From positions 256,001 to 320,000 of the forward strand of contig CAVVHE010000009.1 of the NCBI GenBank assembly GCA_963748015.1: a stretch of DNA of 64,000 nucleotides, in the 5' to 3' direction. Each line of letters opens with the position of its first letter. The stretch's first letter is position 1. The stretch is from Terriglobia bacterium (lineage in GTDB: Bacteria; Acidobacteriota; Polarisedimenticolia; Polarisedimenticolales; JAIQFR01). Positions 1 through 9,986 of the stretch are shown in pieces. The translations under genes and the position numbers were made by a program. The notes under the pieces are model-generated. The model was not told the origin of the DNA. It saw only the letters and a program-made list of their open reading frames with translations, and did not search any database.

Positions 1-1291
1 CGCCGCCCACTGGATGACCGACGCCGTCAAGTACATGGACACGCGGGGCACCCTTCGCCTCGGAGGCGGCCTCACCCAGATCCAGAAGGACGCGCTCGAC
101 GCCGGGAAGGTGCGCGCACAGGAGATGCTCCGGAGCGCCGGGTCGGTCTCGGCGGCGCAGCAGGGGAGCAACCTGGCCGTGCGGGTGACCAACCTGACCG
201 CTCACAAGCTGATCTCGGGGTATCCCGAAGGGCGGAGGCTGTGGCTCAACCTGAAGTGGTTCGACGCGGGCAACGCCCTGATTCGCGAGGACGGCGCCTA
301 CGGGAACATCGGGCGCACGGTGCAGGACAACGCCGGCGTCTCGCACCAGGTCCAGTCCCTTCTCGACCTCCACGGCACCGTCCTCTACGAGGCGAAGCCC
401 GGAATGGACCAGCAATGGGCAAGCCAGCTCGTCGCGCTCGGATACCCCACGGGCCTGGTGCTCGAGTACGACCGAATCACCGACGCCGCCGCGCACACGC
501 TCGGCGGCCTCGCGACGTCGCCCGCGGGGACGCAGTTCCATACCTTCCATTTCGTCCTGAACAACGTCATGACCGGAGACACCCGGATCCCGCCGTACGG
601 GTTCAGGTACGACGAGGCCCGGACGCGCAACGCGCTGCCCGTACCCGCCTCCCAGTACGGCAGCCCGGGTTCCGGCGGGACCTACAACTACTGGGACGAG
701 CGGCCGTTCGCGATCCCGCCCGGCGCGGCGCGCGTCGAGGTCCGGCTCCTCTACCAGCAGACGTCATGGGAGTACGTGCAGTTCCTCTGGAAGGCGAACG
801 ACCGGCTGAACACCTTCCTCGCCGACGAGGGGGTCAATCTCCTGGACGCATGGCTCAATACCGGGCAGGCCGCCCCCTTCGAGATCTCGCTGGCGACGGC
901 GACCGTGAGCGCGCCGGTCTCGACCCCTGGCGAGGCCTCGGATCCGAGCGTCCTGGGGAGCCAGATGACGGCGAGCCGCAACCCGGCGACCGGGACGATC
1001 GACGTCACCTACGCGATGCCTTGCTCCACCACGAACCACCGGATCGTCTATGGACCGCTGGCGAGCCTCGCGACCTACGGATGGTCGGGTATGGCGTGCG
1101 GCGCGGGAACGAGCGGGACGGCGTCCTTCGATCCCGGGGCGGGAGACGCGTTCTTCGTGATCGTCGCGAACGATGCGAGCGCGGAAGGCTCGTACGGCAG
1201 GAGGAGCGACGGCGCCGAGCGCCCGGAGGCCACGGGACTGGGTGCGTGCGATCTGCCGCAGAACCTTGCGTCCCGCTGCGACGCGCCGTAG
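1..1291 (+). CDS. 5'-truncated secreted protein, probably the C-terminal part of a large multiheme cytochrome c, with a Cys-containing C-terminal beta domain
   Basis: Open from the window edge. NLTAHKLISGYPEGRRLW resembles the N.TGHKLPTG..GRR.W segment that follows the heme region in large multiheme cytochromes. No CxxCH in the visible part. Confidence 0.5.
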   Translation, partial: AAHWMTDAVKYMDTRGTLRLGGGLTQIQKDALDAGKVRAQEMLRSAGSVSAAQQGSNLAVRVTNLTAHKLISGYPEGRRLWLNLKWFDAGNALIREDGAYGNIGRTVQDNAGVSHQVQSLLDLHGTVLYEAKPGMDQQWASQLVALGYPTGLVLEYDRITDAAAHTLGGLATSPAGTQFHTFHFVLNNVMTGDTRIPPYGFRYDEARTRNALPVPASQYGSPGSGGTYNYWDERPFAIPPGAARVEVRLLYQQTSWEYVQFLWKANDRLNTFLADEGVNLLDAWLNTGQAAPFEISLATATVSAPVSTPGEASDPSVLGSQMTASRNPATGTIDVTYAMPCSTTNHRIVYGPLASLATYGWSGMACGAGTSGTASFDPGAGDAFFVIVANDASAEGSYGRRSDGAERPEATGLGACDLPQNLASRCDAP

Positions 1292-1353
1292 CCTGTCGGC
1301 GATCGTTCGCTCGCTGCCGGTACGGGCCGCCCGGACTCGAGGGGAGGGGAACG

Positions 1354-1890
1354 ATGCCGCGCCCCGGACCCATTCACGTCGTGCTCGCCGACGATCACGT
1401 GAGGCTCGAATCCCTCCTCGGCCGCGCGACGGCCGGCCCCGGGGAGCTGGCCGCCGCTCCGTTCGAGGAGTTCCGCGCCGGGATCCTGCGTCACATCGCC
1501 CTGGAGGAGAAGATCCTGCTACCCGCGGCGCGGCGCGCCAACGGGGGAACCCCGCTTCCCATGGCGCGGCGGCTCCGTGTGGAGCACGGGGCGATCGCGA
1601 TGCTGCTGGTGCCCACGCCCAGCCGGGAGCTCGTCGGCGAGCTCCGGTCAATCCTCGCGGGCCACAACGTGATCGAGGAAGGGCCGGCCGGCCTCTACGA
1701 GCTGTCCGATCGGCTGCTCGCCGGCGAGTTCGAGGCGGTGCTCGATCGGCTGCGGCGTTACCCGCCGGTCAAGGTCGCGCCGCACTTCGACGGGCCGGGG
1801 GTGTGCCGCACCGCGGAGGAAGCGCTGCGTCTCTCGAGCCTTCAGGGCTCGAGGGCTCCATCGGATTCCGGTGACGGAGCCTCCGGCTAG
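1354..1890 (+). CDS. Hemerythrin/HHE cation-binding domain protein
   Basis: GGAGGGG RBS before ATG 1354. Motifs LADDHVRLE, RHIALEEKIL, LRVEH, GHNVIEE. Confidence 0.8.
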   Translation: MPRPGPIHVVLADDHVRLESLLGRATAGPGELAAAPFEEFRAGILRHIALEEKILLPAARRANGGTPLPMARRLRVEHGAIAMLLVPTPSRELVGELRSILAGHNVIEEGPAGLYELSDRLLAGEFEAVLDRLRRYPPVKVAPHFDGPGVCRTAEEALRLSSLQGSRAPSDSGDGASG

Positions 1891-2010
1891 CCGAGCGCCG
1901 GGTCCCACCGACACCGCCTCGAGGCCGTGCGGCGGCAAATCCGTGCATCCGTTGCTTCTTCACCGTATGTTCCGCTAGGATCCACGAACACAGATGGAGG
2001 GAAGCGGACG

Positions 2011-2805
2011 ATGACACGGACGAGGACGATCGCAGCGTTCGTCTTGCTCTTGGTCGCGGGGCTCGTCGCCTTGCCGGCGCTCGCCCAGGAGCAGGACGTG
2101 AAGGCCGACATCGAGGCCCTCAAGAAGGGCCAGCAGGAGATCCTCCAGCAGCTCCAGGAGATGAAGAAGCTGCTCCAGGGCCAGGCCCAAGCCCAGGCCC
2201 GCCCCGCGGGCCCCAACGTCAAGGACGTCGTGTTCGACATGGGGGACAACCCGGTCCGCGGGAGCAGCACCGCGAAATTGACGCTGATCGAGTTCACCGA
2301 TTACCAGTGACCGTACTGCAGTCGGGTCGTCCGGGAGACGTACCCGCAGATTCAAAAGGAATACATCGACACCGGCAAGCTGCGCTACGTGGTGATGGAT
2401 TTCCCCCTCGAGTCGATCCACAACAAGGCGTTCAAGGCCGCCGAGGCGACCCACTGCGCGCAGGACCAGGGTAAGTTCTGGGAGATGCACGACCGGCTGT
2501 TCACCAACCAGCAGGCCCTCGAGCCGTGGAAGGCCCACGCGGAAGCGATCGGCCTCGACGTCGCCAAGTTCGAGGAGTGCATGAGCAGCGGCAAGCACGC
2601 GCCGAACATCCGCAAGGAGCTGGCCGAGGGCCAGAAGGCGGGGGTCACGGGGACGCCGAGCAGCGTCCTCGCGCTCACGGACCCGAAAGACCCCAAGAAG
2701 GTGAAGGGCCTGGCCTTCATCCGGGGCGCTCAGCCCTTCGACGGCTTCAAGACCGAGATCGAGAAGGGACTCGCCGGGCTCGCGCCCGCGCCGGGAGCGA
2801 AGTAG
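2011..2805 (+). CDS. DsbA/thioredoxin-fold periplasmic selenoprotein (UGA 2308-2310 read as Sec, U-P-Y-C)
   Basis: GGAGG RBS and signal peptide. ORFs 1927..2310 and 2389..2805 are in one frame and read EFTDYQ-TGA-PYCSR..YIDTGKLRY..DFPL..H..GVTGTP. Hairpin just after the UGA. Confidence 0.88.
2316..2349 (+). promoter_or_regulatory. Putative bacterial SECIS element
   Basis: CGGGU-CGUC[CGGGA]GACG-U-ACCCG stem-loop. The loop starts after 21 nt following the UGA and has G at its second position. Confidence 0.7.
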
Positions 2806-2854
2806 CCGCGGCCGCTTCGGGCCGAATCCCGACGCGACCTTCCGACTCGGGACA

Positions 2855-4642
2855 CTAGTCGCAGGCGGCGTTGACGCGGGACCCGCCCCAGCCGGCGCCT
2901 CCGCAGGCGTTCCGGGCGCGGACCAGGTAGTAGAACGCGACGCCGGGGCCGGGGACCTCGGTGTCGCTCGCGCCCGCCGCCGTCAGGTCGTTGGCGAAGC
3001 AGGCCGCGCCGGAGATGCCGCCGCTCGCACGCAGCGACGCGATGTCTCCGCGGACCAGGTCGTACCGCGTGCCGCTCCCGGTTTCGGCGCCCTGGTCCGT
3101 CCACTGCAGCACGCCGGAGCCGGCGACGAGAAGGTCCTGGATGGCGATGGGCGCGGCGAACGCCGAGGCGTCGGCGGGCGCGCAGTCGCAAGCGTCGGGT
3201 GCCGGATCGGCGTCGGACATCGGAAGCGTCAGCGCCGCGTAGGCGTCGAGCATCCCGTACCCCGTGACGTTGTTGGGGAAGGTCCCCACGGGGATGCCGC
3301 CGCAGGTTTGCGCCAGCGTGTTGCCCACGTTCGTGGAAGCCGACTTGGTCAACGCGCACTCGGTGAGGCCGATCTGCCCGCGAAGGGCCGGCCGGTACGA
3401 CCAGAGCAGGGCCACGGAGCCCGCGACGTGCGGGGCCGCCATGGAGGTTCCGCTCTTGGTCGAGTACCTCCCGTCGGGGATCGACGAGTTGACCAGGTTT
3501 CCGGGAGCGGTCAGGTCGGGCTTCAAGCGACCCGAACCGTCCACCGTGACCGGTCCCCGGCTCGCGAAACCCGTAACGTTGCGTGAAGAGTCCGCGGCGG
3601 TCACCGAGAACGTCTCGTCGTAGATCTCCGGGGGGACGTCGATGGTCGAGCAGGCCGACCCCGTGTTCCCCGCGGAGTTCGCCTGGAAGATCCCCGCCTG
3701 GCGGAGCCGCGCGGTCGCCTCGTGAAGCGATTCGGCGTCGCACCCTTCGAGAGGGGGGCAAGACCAGGAGTTGTTGACGACCTGCGGCGCGAGATCGGGG
3801 CGGCCGTCGGTCAGGGGGTTGCCGCCCTGCGGGTAAGGCGCCAGCTCCCACTCCATGCAGTCGATGTAGCTCGCCGGCGTTCCGTACCCTCCCGACATGT
3901 TCTTGCACGCGATGAACTTCGCTCCCGGAGCCGCGCCGATCTGGTTCGTGCCCCCGTCGTCGCCCACCATGATGCCGGCGACGTGCGTGCCGTGGCTGTT
4001 GTCGTCGTAAGGGATCGTGTAGGTTCCGAACGCATCGTGCCACGCGTAGCGGTGATCGGCCTCGCCGATCGAAGCGTCGTAGCCGCGGTACTTGAGCACC
4101 AGCGCGGGGTGAGCCCAATCCACGCCGGTGTCCGCCGTGGCGACCACGATCCCCTCGCCGTGGTTTCCGAGACCGGACCAGATCTCCGGAACGCGCACCA
4201 TCGTGAGGTTCCACGGTACATAAAGCGGCCGCGGCGGGTCCGGGGCGGTCCAACCCGCCGGGGCGGCGACGCCGCGAACGAGCGGGTTGCCGGCGATCCG
4301 CGCGACGTCACCGCGGGCCGCGAGCGAGCGGGCCAGCGCCAGGTCGCCGCGAACCAGCACGGCGTTCACGATGTGGAAGGGGCGCGCGACGACGCCCTGG
4401 GCCCGAAGCTCCGATAGCAGCGGGGCCTGGCTCTCGCGTGCCGACGCCGCCAGCGCCTTGTACAGCTCTTCCGGAGACATCGCCCGGTCGAGCGGCGGAC
4501 GGTCCTCGGAACCGAGCACGACGAGGAGCTCCGCCGATCGTCCCTTGTCGAGCCGCTCGAGGAGCCAGGGGGAGATTTTGACGTCGGCGGCGAAAGTGGT
4601 GGAGCCGAGGACAAGCGACACGACGAGGATTAGGTTTCGCAT
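2855..4642 (-). CDS. Secreted S8 subtilisin-like peptidase (bacillopeptidase F-like) with a C-terminal Cys-rich domain
   Basis: Triad motifs DTGV, HGTHVAG, GTSMAAPHVAG. Signal peptide. Confidence 0.93.
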   Translation of the reverse strand: MRNLILVVSLVLGSTTFAADVKISPWLLERLDKGRSAELLVVLGSEDRPPLDRAMSPEELYKALAASARESQAPLLSELRAQGVVARPFHIVNAVLVRGDLALARSLAARGDVARIAGNPLVRGVAAPAGWTAPDPPRPLYVPWNLTMVRVPEIWSGLGNHGEGIVVATADTGVDWAHPALVLKYRGYDASIGEADHRYAWHDAFGTYTIPYDDNSHGTHVAGIMVGDDGGTNQIGAAPGAKFIACKNMSGGYGTPASYIDCMEWELAPYPQGGNPLTDGRPDLAPQVVNNSWSCPPLEGCDAESLHEATARLRQAGIFQANSAGNTGSACSTIDVPPEIYDETFSVTAADSSRNVTGFASRGPVTVDGSGRLKPDLTAPGNLVNSSIPDGRYSTKSGTSMAAPHVAGSVALLWSYRPALRGQIGLTECALTKSASTNVGNTLAQTCGGIPVGTFPNNVTGYGMLDAYAALTLPMSDADPAPDACDCAPADASAFAAPIAIQDLLVAGSGVLQWTDQGAETGSGTRYDLVRGDIASLRASGGISGAACFANDLTAAGASDTEVPGPGVAFYYLVRARNACGGAGWGGSRVNAACD

Positions 4643-4648
4643 GGCGAG

Positions 4649-4692
4649 ACGGTACCGCGGTCCGCGGGCACGGACAATCGGGGGTTTCCCGA
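4649..4692 (-). promoter_or_regulatory. Putative activator-dependent promoter of the S8 peptidase, probably leaderless
   Basis: 15-bp near-palindrome 4678-4692, then TTGTCC, 17 bp, TACCGT. Predicted +1 falls on the A of ATG (4642). Confidence 0.6.
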
Positions 4693-4760
4693 GGTCGGGC
4701 TATCCGCGGCGGCCAACACGCGGGAAATCCCCCGTCCCGAAAAAGGCGCGGCCTCGCTTC

Positions 4761-4775
4761 TAGGGGATTCCCCTA
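4761..4775. promoter_or_regulatory. Palindromic operator TAGGGGATTCCCCTA
   Basis: Perfect 6-3-6 inverted repeat between divergent genes. Confidence 0.55.
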
Positions 4776-4950
4776 GCCGAGACTTGACCGGTCCTCCCGG
4801 GCGGTCATCGCACGGCTCCTCCGGATCTCGCGGAAGTTGTACGATGGCCTCCATCGCGGGGAGGCCCGCGGGCGCGTAACACCTCGAGAGCGGGAGCCCA
4901 TTGTGGGATGCTCCCCGGCCCGCGGTCCCCCTCGAGCGGGGGAGGGTGCC

Positions 4951-6186
4951 GTGCGCGTCGTGATCGTCGGAGCAGGGGTCATCGGGACCGCGTCGGCGCT
5001 CGACCTCGCCCGGAGGGGTGCGGAGGTCACGCTTCTCGATCGCGGAAGCGTGGGGGGCGGCTGCTCCTACGGCAACGCGGGCTGGCTGACGCCGTGCTTC
5101 GCCACGCCCCTTCCCGCGCCCGGCGTGCTGACCACGAGCCTGCGCTGGCTCACCGATCCCGACAGCCCCCTGTACATCGCCCCCTCGCCCCGTCCCGACC
5201 GGCTGGCATGGCTGGCGCGCTTCGCGCTCTCGACGTCGGCGGACCAGTTCGAGCAGGGGACGAGGGCGCTCCTCGCACTGTCCCTGTTCAGTCTCGATGC
5301 CTTCGCCAACCTCGATCGCGAATTCCCCGGCTCGTTCGGCTTCGCGCGGAAGGGCCTGCTGATGCTCGCGCAGACGCCCGAGGGGCTCGAATCGGCGCGC
5401 CACGACGCGGGGCTGATCGGTAAGCACGGCGTGCCGGCGCAGGTCCTCGACGCGAGGCAGGCGAGGGACCTCGAGCCGGCGCTCAGGGACCCGGTCGCGG
5501 GCGGCGTGTTCTATCCCACGGCGGCCCACTGCGAGCCGCTCGCGGCCGTCGAGACGATGGCGGCGGCGGCCCGCGCCGCGGGGGCTCGTGTCGAGACCGG
5601 CGTCGAGGCCTTCGGCTTCCGGACGAGCGGCTCGCGCATCGAGGCCCTCCGGACGACGCGGGGCGACTTCGAGGCGGACCGTTTCGCGCTCGCGGTCGGC
5701 TCGTGGTCGAAGAGCCTCGCGCGGCTCCTCGGACTGCGGTTGCCGGTCCTCGGCGGCAAGGGGTACGCGGTGGTCGTGAAGACGTTCGATCCCGCACCTC
5801 GCGTGCCGATCAAGGTGATCGAGCGGCGGATCGCGATCACGCCGCGCGACGGCAGCGTCCGCCTCGCGGGCACGCTCGAGCTGGTGGACGGCGATGAGAG
5901 CATCACCGCGCGGCGGGTGGACGCCATCGTTCGGGGCTCGAGGACCGTGCTGAGCGTCCCCGATCCACCGGAGATCGTCGAGGTCTGGCGCGGCCTCCGC
6001 CCCTGCACCCCCGACGGCCTGCCCGTCATCGGGTTCGCGGCCCCCTTCGACAACCTCGTCGTGGCGACCGGCCACCAGATGTGCGGCCTCCACACGGCGC
6101 CGGGCACCGGCCGGCTGGTCGCCGACCTGCTGACCGGCACACCTCCGACCTTCGATCCCGAGCCGTTCCGCGCGGACCGGTTCTGA
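4951..6186 (+). CDS. FAD-dependent oxidoreductase, D-amino acid dehydrogenase (DadA-like)
   Basis: GAGVIG Rossmann motif, GCSYGNAG, WRGLRPCTPDGLPVIG, ATGH. GTG start after GGAGG. Confidence 0.9.
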   Translation: MRVVIVGAGVIGTASALDLARRGAEVTLLDRGSVGGGCSYGNAGWLTPCFATPLPAPGVLTTSLRWLTDPDSPLYIAPSPRPDRLAWLARFALSTSADQFEQGTRALLALSLFSLDAFANLDREFPGSFGFARKGLLMLAQTPEGLESARHDAGLIGKHGVPAQVLDARQARDLEPALRDPVAGGVFYPTAAHCEPLAAVETMAAAARAAGARVETGVEAFGFRTSGSRIEALRTTRGDFEADRFALAVGSWSKSLARLLGLRLPVLGGKGYAVVVKTFDPAPRVPIKVIERRIAITPRDGSVRLAGTLELVDGDESITARRVDAIVRGSRTVLSVPDPPEIVEVWRGLRPCTPDGLPVIGFAAPFDNLVVATGHQMCGLHTAPGTGRLVADLLTGTPPTFDPEPFRADRF

Positions 6187-6204
6187 GCCGAATCCGGGCG
6201 GGAT

Positions 6205-6654
6205 TCAGTCGAGGGCTGAGTTCTCGGGGGGACGAACGCGTGCGCGGTGCGCGCCGGAGTGAAGCGGGCGCTTCCCCCTGGCTGCTCCGGCAAGGAGAGC
6301 GGGTAGCTGCTCGGTCAGCTCGGTCTTCGCGACGAACGCGTCCGCGCCCGCCATCCACGCTTCGAGACGAACGGATTCGGAGTCGGCGAACGACGTGACC
6401 ACGACGAGGGGCGCGTCCTCGAGAGCCTTGATGCGTCTCGCCGTTTCGAGTCCCTCGAGGCCGGGGAGCACGCCGCCGACGAGAACGACGTCGGGCTTCA
6501 GTCGCGCGACCGCCTCCAGCGCTTCTTCACCGTCGGGCGCCCAGCCGACGAAGGCCAGCGACGGCTCCGAGGCGAGCCAGTCGCGCGCGAGCGCGACGAA
6601 GGTCTCGTCGTCGTCCGCCACGAGGACCCGGATCGGTTCGGGGCGCGCCGCCAT
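6205..6654 (-). CDS. Stand-alone response regulator receiver protein
   Basis: IRVLVADDD..GADAFVAK. The usual phospho-Asp position reads PDVVLVG. Confidence 0.8.
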   Translation of the reverse strand: MAARPEPIRVLVADDDETFVALARDWLASEPSLAFVGWAPDGEEALEAVARLKPDVVLVGGVLPGLEGLETARRIKALEDAPLVVVTSFADSESVRLEAWMAGADAFVAKTELTEQLPALLAGAARGKRPLHSGAHRARVRPPENSALD

Positions 6655-6691
6655 GGTGCGTTTCCTCTCGTGGTGCGAGGCGTGGTGAGGA

Positions 6692-6720
6692 GGGCGGCGG
6701 GCCCACGAGGCCCGCCGCCC
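6692..6720 (-). terminator. GC-rich hairpin downstream of the metallopeptidase gene
   Basis: 12-bp perfect stem GGGCGGCGGGCC/GGCCCGCCGCCC with a 5-nt loop. No clear U-tract. Confidence 0.45.
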
Positions 6721-6756
6721 CCTCCGGCGTTGAAGAACGGTTCGCTGCGATCGCGG

Positions 6757-9150
6757 CTACAGGCCGCCGTTCTCGCACATGCCGATCGTGTCGCCGTGCG
6801 CGAGGTGACCGGGCAAACCGTCGGGGAAGGTGACGTCGATCGTGTGCGGTCCCGCCGCCAGATGGCCCGGCTGAACGTGGCAGACGACCACCTTCGGCAT
6901 CCTCATGGCCCAGCCGACGTTGCCGAAGATGGACGCGGCCCATCCCGTCATGATCCGTCCATCGGAGCTCATCGCCGTCGGGTTGGCGATGGTGATGTCC
7001 TGCGCGAAGGTCCCCTGGGCCATCATGAACTGGTTGAGGTCGAACACGCCCAGCCCGTCGACCCAGAGCGTCGGGTTGCGGTAGGTGCCGAACCCGGACG
7101 GGTTGGCGATGTCGTTCCAACCGCCGATGATCCGGCCGTCGACGCTGATCGCCGACGCGCCGCCCTTCGCCGCGTCATCGAGGCTCGGGAGGAACTCGAG
7201 GCCGCCGGACGGCGTGAGCCGCCAGGCGCTGCTCGGATCGGTGGGGAGGTTCCAGCCGTTGACCCCGATGATGGTGGATCCATCCGGGGTCACGTCGAGC
7301 GCCTCTCCCGCGAACTTCGCCGCGTCGGGCTGTACCAGGTTGACCGGGCCGGGAACGCCGTCGACCCCCACCTGCCAGTAGGCGCCGCGCCGCAGGCCGG
7401 TGGTCGCATCGGACCAGCCGACCACCGCCGTCCCGTCGTAGTTGACGGCGTTGGCCCGCGTGGCGCGAGTCGGGGCGTCGGCGGACTTGGGAAGCGTTTG
7501 CGTCACGCCGCTCTTCGAGTAGAAGGCCAGGGCGCCGGCGGTGACGCAGCCGTTCGTGTACACGAGTCCGACGACCGTCGAGCCGTCCCCGGACATGTCG
7601 TAGGTCGAGCCCCAACCGCCGCTGCACGGGCTCACGGCGTTAGGGGGGAGCGGTAGGAGGGTCCAGGTGCCGTTCTCGTACACGGCCGGCTGGTAGACGT
7701 TGCTTGCGTTCTTCATCGAAAACGCGATCTTGGTCCCGTCGTCGGAGATCGCCGCCTGGCCGCCGTTCGCGGCGCCGCCGATGTTCACCAGGCTGTTGTC
7801 GGTCAGGTTCCACACGTACGCCGTCGCGCCCACGGTCCCGACGACGACGCCGCCGTCGGGCGTCATGTCGGTGGGGGTCCCGATCGCCGGCTGCGGGATG
7901 AACTCCGGCGCGCCCTTGACCCGGTTGAACGTGATGTCGGCGGTGGCCACCTGGCCGGCGGCGGCCGGGATCGCGGCGTACGCGCACCGGTCGTCCGACT
8001 CGCCGTTCCCGTTCTCGCCCGCCCCGTTGTAGTACTCCTCGGGGCCGGGGAGGACGAGGATGCGCGGCACGCTGAACGCCCCGTTCCGCAGGCCGTCCAC
8101 GTAGAGGACGTACTGGGCGCCGGGCGTCAGCCCGTGGAGCTCGAAGGTCCCGTCCGCGCCGAGCTCGCCCTTCGTGACCTGCCCCGTGATGTAGGAGGTG
8201 AAGTCGTTGAACGGATCGGCCACGTTGCGCGCGATCACATTGGCGCTACCGATCTGGGTGGTGTCGCCGGTCCCGTTGCCGCGGATGTTGAGCATCGAGT
8301 AAACGGTTCCCCGGATCGTGCCGTGGCTCGCGGGCCAGCCGGGCGCCGGGTAGAGATCCGAGATCGCGGCGATGTCGTCCATCCGGTCCACGGTCGCCAT
8401 GCCGGCGCCGGTCCCGGTCGCGCTCACGTTGATGTACGGGTACATCGTCTCGATCTGCTGGTTGGTCGGCGTGCCCGAGTAGGGCAGGGTGCAACCCGTT
8501 GGACCGGGGGTGTCCAGATACGTGTAGACCGCGCCGTTCGCCTGCGTGTGGGCGAGGTTCATGGTGTGGCCGAACTCGTGCGTCATGACGCCGCGGAAGC
8601 GGTCGCCGTTCGGGTCGGACGACTGAATCGACGGCCCGTTCATGATCGACCAGGCCTCGAGCAGCTCGTTGCTGCCCTCGGCCACGAAATCGATGGCGGA
8701 GACCCCGAGGGCGCCGTAGATGCCGAGGTAGTTGTTGAGGATCTTGCCGTCGGTGTCGTAGATGACGTGGACGCCGCCGCCGTTCCAGGTGCCGATGACT
8801 AGGCCCGCGTTGCAGCCGGCGGTGTTCGGGCAGACGATGTCGGGCAGCCCGATGGACGCGAAGTTCCCCGCGAACGCCGACATGTAGCTCGCGGACGGCA
8901 CGTTGTTCCACTCCGCGAAGGACATGTTCACGAGCTCGTACGCGCGGAAGTTGCCGACGCGGCCGAGGGCGCCCATGTCCGTGTAGTAGGGGACCGCGCC
9001 GTTCGCCCAGGTGTCCATGTGCCAGGCGTACGGGATGCGGTTCTCGTAGTCGTAGGTGTAGAGGGGGCCGCCCGCGAAAGCGAGGCCGGCGGCGACGAGG
9101 GCGACGAGGGGAAGGGCGACGATGGTCCGGAGGACTCTGGATGTTCTCAT
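6757..9150 (-). CDS. Secreted metzincin-type zinc peptidase with C-terminal HAF-like beta-propeller repeats
   Basis: HEFGHTMNLAH, Met-turn ETMYP, repeated (M/I)SxDGxxVVG units, signal peptide. Confidence 0.8.
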   Translation of the reverse strand: MRTSRVLRTIVALPLVALVAAGLAFAGGPLYTYDYENRIPYAWHMDTWANGAVPYYTDMGALGRVGNFRAYELVNMSFAEWNNVPSASYMSAFAGNFASIGLPDIVCPNTAGCNAGLVIGTWNGGGVHVIYDTDGKILNNYLGIYGALGVSAIDFVAEGSNELLEAWSIMNGPSIQSSDPNGDRFRGVMTHEFGHTMNLAHTQANGAVYTYLDTPGPTGCTLPYSGTPTNQQIETMYPYINVSATGTGAGMATVDRMDDIAAISDLYPAPGWPASHGTIRGTVYSMLNIRGNGTGDTTQIGSANVIARNVADPFNDFTSYITGQVTKGELGADGTFELHGLTPGAQYVLYVDGLRNGAFSVPRILVLPGPEEYYNGAGENGNGESDDRCAYAAIPAAAGQVATADITFNRVKGAPEFIPQPAIGTPTDMTPDGGVVVGTVGATAYVWNLTDNSLVNIGGAANGGQAAISDDGTKIAFSMKNASNVYQPAVYENGTWTLLPLPPNAVSPCSGGWGSTYDMSGDGSTVVGLVYTNGCVTAGALAFYSKSGVTQTLPKSADAPTRATRANAVNYDGTAVVGWSDATTGLRRGAYWQVGVDGVPGPVNLVQPDAAKFAGEALDVTPDGSTIIGVNGWNLPTDPSSAWRLTPSGGLEFLPSLDDAAKGGASAISVDGRIIGGWNDIANPSGFGTYRNPTLWVDGLGVFDLNQFMMAQGTFAQDITIANPTAMSSDGRIMTGWAASIFGNVGWAMRMPKVVVCHVQPGHLAAGPHTIDVTFPDGLPGHLAHGDTIGMCENGGL

Positions 9151-9163
9151 GGCTGTCTCCCCC

Positions 9164-9895
9164 TCACTGCCCGTCGGGCGTCACGCCCACGGTGGTCGTC
9201 CCCGTGCCGGGCGTGGGGGCGGTGTTATTCGGATCGGTGGAGGTGTTCCCGCGGCGAGCAAGCTCGGATCCCGGCTTCCACATCTTCCGGGTCCCGATCC
9301 AGTCCTCCTGGACCGCGCGGCGGACGAAGGAGACGAACGTGTCCGGGTTCACGGCGCCCGTCTGGGTGGCGAGCATCCGCTGGTCGTTGTCGGTCGGGAG
9401 ACCGGCAGCGAGCGCGACGTTCCGGAAGATCCCCTCGTTCGCGAGGTCGTTCTGGGCCCGGCCGGGCTCGATGGTGAACTTGCCGGCGGCGAGCGCGTAA
9501 GTCGTCTGGAGTCCCGTCATCTTTGCGGGCGGGGCCAGGAAGAGGAAGACCCGCTCGCCCACCGCGTAGCGCGGGAAGCCGGCCGGGGCCGGCATCATCA
9601 CGCGGCCGTCTCCGACGGGCCGCGGCGAGAGCAGGCCGAACTGGCGGAACGTGTACGTGCCGGAAGCCCCTCCCTTGATCGCCTCGCTCACGCTGATCGT
9701 GACCTCGGTGTAGGGAATGCCCCGCTCGTCGATTCCGTCCGTGACCGACGCCACGCTCCCAGCCACGATGGAGCGCGACTTCCCGATCAGGTCGACGAGG
9801 TTGGTGTCGCCGAACGTCAAGGCCAGCGACGGCGCCGCCGCCGTGAGGACGACGGCAACGCAGGCCGCGAGCCACAGATACCTGCTGGTTCTCAT
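9164..9895 (-). CDS. Secreted hypothetical protein co-transcribed with the peptidase
   Basis: Signal peptide, GGAGG RBS, 13-bp gap to the next gene. Confidence 0.75.
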   Translation of the reverse strand: MRTSRYLWLAACVAVVLTAAAPSLALTFGDTNLVDLIGKSRSIVAGSVASVTDGIDERGIPYTEVTISVSEAIKGGASGTYTFRQFGLLSPRPVGDGRVMMPAPAGFPRYAVGERVFLFLAPPAKMTGLQTTYALAAGKFTIEPGRAQNDLANEGIFRNVALAAGLPTDNDQRMLATQTGAVNPDTFVSFVRRAVQEDWIGTRKMWKPGSELARRGNTSTDPNNTAPTPGTGTTTVGVTPDGQ

Positions 9896-9986
9896 GAGCT
9901 CCCACCCCTCCTTGATTGCCTAGTGGCCTCGCCCGGCCAGGGCCGCCTCCCGGCACTCCCCCCGACGAGACCGTTTTGCCAGCGTG

